Source: a virus. Taken from it: a stretch of DNA of 64,000 nt. Shown here piece by piece: positions 57,813 to 64,000 of this stretch (position 1 is the first letter of the stretch; the number at the start of each line of letters is the position of its first letter). The stretch covers positions 1-64,000 of IMG/VR virus record IMGVR_UViG_3300005253_000045. One strand, given 5' to 3'. The notes beneath the pieces were generated by a model. The model saw nothing but the letters and a program-made list of their open reading frames with translations. It made no database searches and was not told where the DNA came from. The translations under genes were made by a program, and so were the position numbers.

Positions 57813-59330
57813 GTCCGTTGCTAGGCGTTCGATACTCTTAACGCCAGGTTGAACGCGGGAGCTCCATCGCCCATACCGGCGAACGGGTGAAACGTCCGTG
57901 ACTCTTGGCAGCCCGCATCCTTACAGACGCCCTCAATGTTTCCGCGTGTTAGGCGCTCTGTGTAGAGCTCGCCGTCATACTCGCCGCCGACAATGCGCCG
58001 GCGAGACTGTAGGCAAGGCTCTAATGCCCATCTGTGTACGTGTGTCATGGCTAGTCGCTCTCCTCCTCTTCCTCGTTTAATGCTCTTGCTTCCGCGCTTG
58101 CTTCCACTTGCGTTGTAGCTAAGCAAACCACTTCCCCGTCGCTTGTGTCTACTACTTCCCAACCGTGTTGGCACGGGAAGCCACCTTCAGCTGCGCGTTG
58201 GTAGGTGAATCGCTCCATTCGGCCACGCCTCCTCTCTGTTGTAGTGTATCCGGCCCTAGTATTGGGTACGCTCTATGAGCCGCCGCTAACCAGTGGGCGC
58301 TAGGGCCGGATACGTTAGGCTATACGCTTGACACTCTTAACCGACGTCGGCCGGCCGTTGCGAGAGTCGAAGTGCAGCAGAGTCTTACGCGCTACCGTCT
58401 GTTCGTCTCGCGTGCCGTCTGCATACTTGATTCTGTAGGTAGGCATAGTCTACTCCTCTGTGGGGACTTCCGATGTACTAGCGGTTATTCGTATGCGTGT
58501 TCTGGTAGACCAGGCGCGAACGTGCGGCCACAGCCGCTATCTATTACGCCTTGCAGCACGTCCTTGCCCCCTTGCCCGCATGTTACCGCCTCTGTAACCG
58601 CCTCAATTTCTGTGTTGATAAGGTTACAGTCGGGGCATATCCAGTCATACCCGCTGGCGATTAGGTCAACTCTATCCATCGTCTGCTCCTCTACCTGCTA
58701 GAATGCCGAACCCGTGACGGGTTCGCATTGATAGAGACGTCCGGTAGCCGCAGGGCTAGCATGGTCGCCTCAGTAGGCGGGTACAAACGTTGGCCCTGTT
58801 GCGTGGTCTCGATGGTCATGCACCGCCTCTTCCAGCGCCTCAAGCGCCCTCATGTGGAGAAGCTCTGAGTCGCTGTAGGGTTCGCCGTGGGCGATTGTGC
58901 CCTCGCGGGGGTCTGTAAACTCCGTTTCGTAGTGTCCCCGCCATTCGCAACGCTGGCAAGCGATGACAACGCCAGCCATACCGTCTGACACTACGCGGAA
59001 CGCCGATTCAAACATGATGATACCCGCTAGCACCGTGGGCACTCCATGCTATCAGGCTCTTGGTTTGGTACAAGCCCTAGCCGTAGCTCGCCAGCATATA
59101 CGGCTTGACTGAATCCTGCGTTGGGCGATTGTAGCTCTTCGTTAGAGTATGGCTCGCCGTTGTCGGACGCCCCCATTACATCCTTGAGTGCAGACGTGGT
59201 CAGTACCAGTGCGGCTCGTAGCTGTTCGTTAGTAGCGTTGGGCATGGTCGTTACTCCTATCTGTTGGCGCTAACCCAGCGGCTACCGGATGTCTCTTGAG
59301 ACCAGCGAAACACGGCGCGTTAGCATGCGG

Positions 59331-59555
59331 TTACTTCGACGGGATGCCGCAGTCTGTACAGTTTTCGGGGCAGCAATTCGGGCAGTGGCCGTCGCTGGGT
59401 GTAACATGTCCTGGCTCCTCGGTGCATTCTCCGGCCACACAGCATTGCGGTTCGGTTAGCTGGACGCAGGGTTCGCAGCTACACACGCAGCTATCCTTAC
59501 CCGTGCAGAATGTATAGGCGTCGTTACAGTGATTGATTGTTTCGTCGTGTGACAT
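59331..59555 (-). CDS. Metallothionein-like Cys-rich protein (14 Cys in 74 aa)
   Basis: SD GAGGAG; enclosed by a perfect 29-bp stem. Confidence 0.6.
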   Translation of the reverse strand: MSHDETINHCNDAYTFCTGKDSCVCSCEPCVQLTEPQCCVAGECTEEPGHVTPSDGHCPNCCPENCTDCGIPSK

Positions 59556-60141
59556 TGCGTGTTGCTCCTCTCTATGCTAACGCGCCGTGTTTCGCTGGTC
59601 TCTTGAGGGGACACAGAGAGCGGGGCGTCATAGTTCCCTAGGCTCTCGCTATTAGCCATTCTATACGTGTCCGTGGGCGCTTCCAGCCTATGCCGTGGCA
59701 TGGCCGGTGCATCTTGTCATGGTCACATGTCGAATTGCAGTCAAGGCAGTATAGGACGCCCTCGCCTTCACAGGTAATACATATGAGCCAGTCGGTATCC
59801 TTGTATCGGAACATGGCGCACTTACTTGACCGCGAATCCGGCAACCTTGCGGGCAATTCTAACATGGCCGGACGTCGTAACGCGGTAGAAGCCTTCAGAC
59901 GGTACAGCGTGACCGCCTACGGTTACTTGCTCGCGGGCCGTGTAGTTGAATACTACCGGTACATTGTTTCGCCATTCCCCGATACAGAGTTCGTACGAAT
60001 GGATTGTCCGGCCGTCTGTATGCATGTGTGCGCTAGCGCCGGCCTGACCGTTTGCCCAGGCTTGCGCTACCTGTTGGTTCGTCATTGGCGTGTCTCTCCC
60101 TTCTCCCTCAAAACCCCTTGTCAGTCACTCCATGTATTCGC

Positions 60142-60456
60142 CTAGCCTTTGTACCGTGGGTTCGGCACGGGTACATAGGCCGGCTCTTCCGTCTCGTAGG
60201 CGTCGCTCCCATCCTCATTCCATACGTCGCAGAAGCCTGTATATGCCATCGCATCCGGCCCGCGTAGCTCTGCTGGTATCAGTAGGACTCGAATCGAGTC
60301 ACTGTATCGCTCCAACGCGTTCCGCCCGAATGGGTTATTGTCGGCATCTACTAGCTCAAGGTATCTGGTCAGCGCCTCTTCTACGTTGTGGAAGGCACCA
60401 GACTGCATCATGTAGCCGCTACCTCGCGGGTGTTGGACGTGTGCGTGGTACAGCAT
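60142..60456 (-). CDS. Hypothetical early protein (loop of stem 60105/60508)
   Basis: SD GGGAG; fits exactly between the stem arms. Confidence 0.7.
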   Translation of the reverse strand: MLYHAHVQHPRGSGYMMQSGAFHNVEEALTRYLELVDADNNPFGRNALERYSDSIRVLLIPAELRGPDAMAYTGFCDVWNEDGSDAYETEEPAYVPVPNPRYKG

Positions 60457-60618
60457 AGTCGTTTACTCCCTTCGGTATTGGGGAGTGACTGGCAAGGGGT
60501 TTCGAGAGTGTGCTACCAGATGCCACCTACAAGGGGTTCCGCGTTGCTGTGTGTTGCTATCCTGCCTTCTGTACCGTTTCAAGACGCTCATAACTTGTTC
60601 GGAATCCCTATTGCTCCC

Positions 60619-60753
60619 CTATTCTCTCAGAGCTGCAATATGCTTTATGAAACACACGCTTAAACCTGCATCTTGCACTAATTCTCGTAACCATGCTTCA
60701 CTGTCTGTTTGTTTCATCCGTAGATAAGCATGGATAATCTCGTGAAGATTCAT
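60619..60753 (-). CDS. 44-aa hypothetical early protein (not in ORF track)
   Basis: MNLHEIIHAYLRMKQTDSEAWLRELV...; SD AGGAGG; inside stem 60512/60805. Confidence 0.55.
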   Translation of the reverse strand: MNLHEIIHAYLRMKQTDSEAWLRELVQDAGLSVCFIKHIAALRE

Positions 60754-60851
60754 GTTTGATTTCCTCCTGTTGGGGCGAAACCCCCTGTAGGTGACACCTG
60801 ATAACGGAGCGTTGCCTCAATACCTAGAGTCAGTCACTCCATGTATTCGCC

Positions 60852-61103
60852 CTAGTTGCCTGTTGCGGCCTTGCGTGGCTGGGCCGCTTCCGTTGTCCCT
60901 AGACGCTCTACCGTCCGTATAGCGTCCGCCCTGTCTACACAAGGTATGGTTTGTATCTGCGAGTTAAGCGGCCCAGCGAACCAACCGTATGGAGTGCTCC
61001 ATACCTGGCCGATGATACGCCCTTCACTGTTACGGATACCGTGTGAGCCGCGCTCAACTGGCGCGTCCGCTTGGAATCTCCCTGTCCGGCTATCTTGTGT
61101 CAT
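60852..61103 (-). CDS. Hypothetical early protein (start MTQDSR)
   Basis: SD GGGAG; inside perfect 26-bp stem. Confidence 0.7.
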   Translation of the reverse strand: MTQDSRTGRFQADAPVERGSHGIRNSEGRIIGQVWSTPYGWFAGPLNSQIQTIPCVDRADAIRTVERLGTTEAAQPRKAATGN

Positions 61104-61197
61104 TGTGCGCTCCCTTCCCAATAGTGGGGAGTGACTGACTCTAGGTATTGAGGGTGTGCTACCAGATGCCGCTGACAAGAGGTTCCCGTGCTGCCTA

Positions 61198-61419
61198 TTA
61201 GACGGTTACGTATATATACTTTCGCGTGTCCGTGTGCTTGAAGCCCCACTCTACATGGCCCCGCCACGGCGTTCCGTGCATCAACATGTATTCTTTGGGG
61301 TTGCGGCCGGTGGCTATGAGTGCTTGCCACACGGCATCCCATTGTGGGCTGTCACGTTCTGCGAATATGTAGCCGTTTGGGTTCGAGTCTACCGTGCCGT
61401 CTGGATTGAACGTAGCCAT
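61198..61419 (-). CDS. Hypothetical early protein
   Basis: SD AGGAG; inside 31-bp stem. Confidence 0.7.
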   Translation of the reverse strand: MATFNPDGTVDSNPNGYIFAERDSPQWDAVWQALIATGRNPKEYMLMHGTPWRGHVEWGFKHTDTRKYIYVTV

Positions 61420-61938
61420 GGTACGCGCTCCTATCCCGGAAACCCCTTGTCAGTGACACCTGATAACGGAGCGTTGCCGTGTGGCGAGTCTGACGTCCCG
61501 CTCTCTGTGTCCCTCTCTATTTATTTACCGAGTGAGCCTCACGAGGTTGCTACCCGTTGCCCCTCTGTCCGCCTCTGCTAGTGCGTTGTCCGTGCGTGCT
61601 AGCTGCGCGGGGGCCGTAGTCACCAACCCCTGTCCGGTATGCTCCTGGCCGGCCATACGGGCCGCTATGCCCTGCCGGCCATTGGAGTGCTGTGTCTTGG
61701 CCTATCTCATCAGATACGGGCGGCCATTCCCGTATGACTACCGCCATAGTTTCGACTGTGCTAGGCGTATCTGCTCTTAGCTTCCGTGCTAACACCTAAC
61801 CAACATCGGGTACATACCCATACGATACCGTTGTACCGTTCAATCTTGCTTCCGCACTCCCCGCACGGGCTTTCGGCGTGTCGCCATGCATATACTCGTG
61901 TCATTGTCGCTACTCCTCCTCTCGCCTCTATCATCGGT

Positions 61939-61967
61939 AGTCTATCATAGACCTGAAGGGCTGTCAA
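61939..61967 (-). promoter_or_regulatory. Strong early sigma70 promoter driving the stem-array transcript
   Basis: TTGACA-17-TAGACT; SD GAGGAGGAG before ATG 61904. Confidence 0.75.
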
Positions 61968-62019
61968 GGGTATGGAGCTAATCAAGGCCAGGGGCAACTG
62001 CGGCTAATGGCGAGTGCCT

Positions 62020-62290
62020 CACTCTAGGTATCAGGGGTATGGGCGGGCTAACCAGGTGTGAGGGACAATGGGTTGTCAGTGACTCGGGGTGCTGGGTGCG
62101 CTAACCAGGTGTCAGTGACTCGGGGTGCTGGGCAGGCATGCGACATCATCTCGCATGATACATCATCCGCACGATACATGTCTAGTCGCGCCATACATCA
62201 TTCGCGCCCGCGCAGGGTCGTCCGTGCTGGTACGGGGGCGTTATGGTGTGTTATGGGAAGGGTGACGTTATGGTGTGGGTGTTGGGAGTG
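62020..62290. repeat. Non-coding short direct-repeat patch
   Basis: TGTCAGTGACTCGGGGTGCTGGG x2, GCTAACCAGGTGT x2, ATACATCAT x2, GTTATGGTGTG x2. Confidence 0.7.
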
Positions 62291-62923
62291 ATAGGTTAGA
62301 CCCCACACACTCTACGCTGAAAATTGGAGAGAAATTGAGAAAACCTGCCGCCACAGGCTGGTTTCACATAGGGGGTGTCGTAAGGAACAGGGCATCACCT
62401 CCTTCGTTTAACGGGTGTAGCCTACTCGTGCTTTACTTGACTTTGGCCCGCTCATTGTGGTGTCGCGCCTCTTCCTCCGCAGCGTCGAGGTCCCAGAGCA
62501 CCCTCCGTACCATGTTGCCGAAGTCGAACTTCCAGCCGGCGCCGCTTTTCGGCAGCAAATTGGCCACCCGTTGCAATTCGGCCCGGTCGATGGCTGTTGT
62601 CATTGACATTTCGCGCCTCCTGCCTCCATTATAGCGCATTTTCGCGTGCTACGCCGGTCCACCCGGTCGAAACAGGCCGCCAGAACCGCTTTCGGCGGCT
62701 TCAGAGTGCCTATCGCGCCACTAATACCTGCCCGAGGGGGATTTCTGGTACTCTGATGTCATTCTCCACCGGTTTAGCCGGCGACGCGGCGTTTCATCGT
62801 ATGAGCCGGGGTGTTCGAGTGAGTGACACCCGATAAATGTTATGGCTGGTGCGCAAAAAAAGAAACGACCGCCACGGATTACGAGAATATACGCGCAATC
62901 GCGTAGGCTAGGGGATTATTCGC

Positions 62924-63682
62924 CTAATCGTCCGGTTCAGACTCTAGTTGGGGGTGCTCGTGTGTGCCTATAGGCTCCCAGCCATCTTCGTCCGTAGCTC
63001 GAATTAAGTCTCGGTGAGCTGCCTCGGCTCGCTCTGCCCTCTCGTTTTCATCGTTGGGGACACACCCGCAGCACTGGCCGTCGTTAAAGGGGTTGATGCA
63101 CCAGTAGTTGCCGTCCATGCAGGGGCCGTCGTCTCGGCGCCACCCTTCCTCCTGGAGGTCTATCTCTACTCCACAGCCCGGACAAGTTGTGTTGGGGGGT
63201 AGGTCATAGTTACGCTCTGCGAGCTCGACGTCGAAGTCGGCCCACTTACGTCTTTCCTTTTCCTCTGCTTCGGCCTCTGCCACCCGTACACGGGCGGCTA
63301 TTTCCTTTTCGCCTGAGTTTTCTAGGGCTGTAGCTAGTTGTTTAAGTGTATCTGCGGCACTCCTCGCGGCCTCTGCTTCCATAATTTCCGTGGCACCCAT
63401 TTCGGCCGGAGGGTCTTCAAGCTCCCACACCTCAGCATAGTCCGAGACGGTCTTGATGAGGCACTTCGTGCATTCCCACCACCAGCAGGTCTCTTCCCGG
63501 TCGACGTCAGCGTAGTACACCTCGTAGTAGGATGCCCAGGGACGGAACGTGTCGCAGGTGTCGCATCTCTTGAAGTACCTGCGTGTGGGCTCCTGAGTCC
63601 AGGCGTTGGCTGTACCGTGTGCGCATCCACCGTGGAGGTCTTGTCCTTTCATTTTGAACACCTTGCTATGTAGAAACTTCAC
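62924..63682 (-). CDS. Hypothetical Cys-rich/acidic protein
   Basis: 252-aa ORF with several CxxC pairs. Confidence 0.55.
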   Translation of the reverse strand: MKFLHSKVFKMKGQDLHGGCAHGTANAWTQEPTRRYFKRCDTCDTFRPWASYYEVYYADVDREETCWWWECTKCLIKTVSDYAEVWELEDPPAEMGATEIMEAEAARSAADTLKQLATALENSGEKEIAARVRVAEAEAEEKERRKWADFDVELAERNYDLPPNTTCPGCGVEIDLQEEGWRRDDGPCMDGNYWCINPFNDGQCCGCVPNDENERAERAEAAHRDLIRATDEDGWEPIGTHEHPQLESEPDD

Positions 63683-63885
63683 CGTGACACCCCCAAGAAC
63701 TCTAGGAGGGCCGTCACCTGCGCCGGCGACAGCAGCACGCGGTCGACGAGTCTTTTGCTCTCTCTGTCGTACTGGTCGATACCGATGTGGCCACGCACCT
63801 TACCCCCCGTAGCGTCGAAACTAACGGGCCATCTGAAGTTGCGCTTGCCGCCAGGTATCTTCTCGCTGTAGACTGTTCGTTCCAT
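63679..63885 (-). CDS. Hypothetical protein
   Basis: SD AGGAGG; GTGA overlap with the next gene. Confidence 0.55.
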   Translation of the reverse strand: MERTVYSEKIPGGKRNFRWPVSFDATGGKVRGHIGIDQYDRESKRLVDRVLLSPAQVTALLEFLGVSR

Positions 63886-64000
63886 CTAATCCTCCTGCTC
63901 CCACGCCTCAATCTCTTCGTCACCCAAGCCGCACATGAAGACATGGTCCTCGTTTGGGTGGGGGGTTGGTAGTAGGCAGCGACTTTGCCCCAGTTCTACC

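Larger units (their letters stand above)
53304..58679 (-). other. Array of small early genes (mostly hypothetical, 45-170 aa)
   Basis: Dense co-oriented ORFs with GGAG/GGAGG SD sites and overlapping junctions. Confidence 0.6.
58733..61513 (-). repeat. Array of seven long-range inverted-repeat stems, each enclosing early gene(s)
   Basis: Arm pairs: 58733-58760/59269-59296; 59298-59326/59574-59602; 59608-59630/61491-61513; 60105-60131/60482-60508; 60512-60542/60775-60805; 60815-60840/61128-61153; 61158-61188/61437-61467. Confidence 0.9.

Noticed and set aside
60105-61478. CRISPR mini-array or IS/MITE terminal inverted repeats
   Set aside because: Spacers are whole genes of unequal length, arms differ between cassettes, G-U bias is strand-specific, and there is no transposase or target-site duplication
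1-64000. Alternative genetic code, terminase large subunit, portal, integrase
   Set aside because: Genes are intact in code 11 with all three stops used; none of these genes is recognisable here, and terminase and portal probably lie outside the window

Overview
The window is about 64 kb of a dsDNA tailed-phage genome, probably podovirus-like: no tape-measure, tail-tube or sheath gene is recognisable, and there are adaptor-ring and nozzle-like genes plus a giant putative ejection protein. The + strand arm (1-24359) carries virion genes: a >1500-aa protein truncated at the window edge, scaffold, SU10-type major capsid, decoration proteins, three paralogous adaptor proteins, nozzle, tail fibre, a sulfotransferase/glycosyltransferase/repeat-propeller block and a possible holin. 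The convergent - strand arm (24356-64000) carries endolysin, nucleotide-pool enzymes, UDG-fused PolA, a second catalytically degenerate PolA-like protein, Hjc-type resolvase, Mre11 with a split Rad50, RecA, SSB, primase, DnaB, an SF2 helicase, an AAA ATPase and many small early genes, including ArdA-like and SAM-lyase-like candidates. The two most unusual signals are non-coding. (1) At 58.7-61.5 kb, seven back-to-back or nested 23-31-bp long-range stems each enclose one or more small early genes in their loop. Their arm differences are mostly G-U wobbles on the mRNA strand and they covary between duplicated units. (2) At 53206-53287 (-), an 82-nt RNA has a complete tmRNA-type tRNA-like domain (G3-U70, A73, encoded CCA) but no mRNA-like domain. 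It is followed immediately by a second 148-nt structured RNA and a winged-HTH ORF that seems to start at ATC. Family assignments come from motif recognition by eye, with no database searches. The host cannot be determined; sigma70-type promoters, GGAGG SD sites and some leaderless genes are seen.
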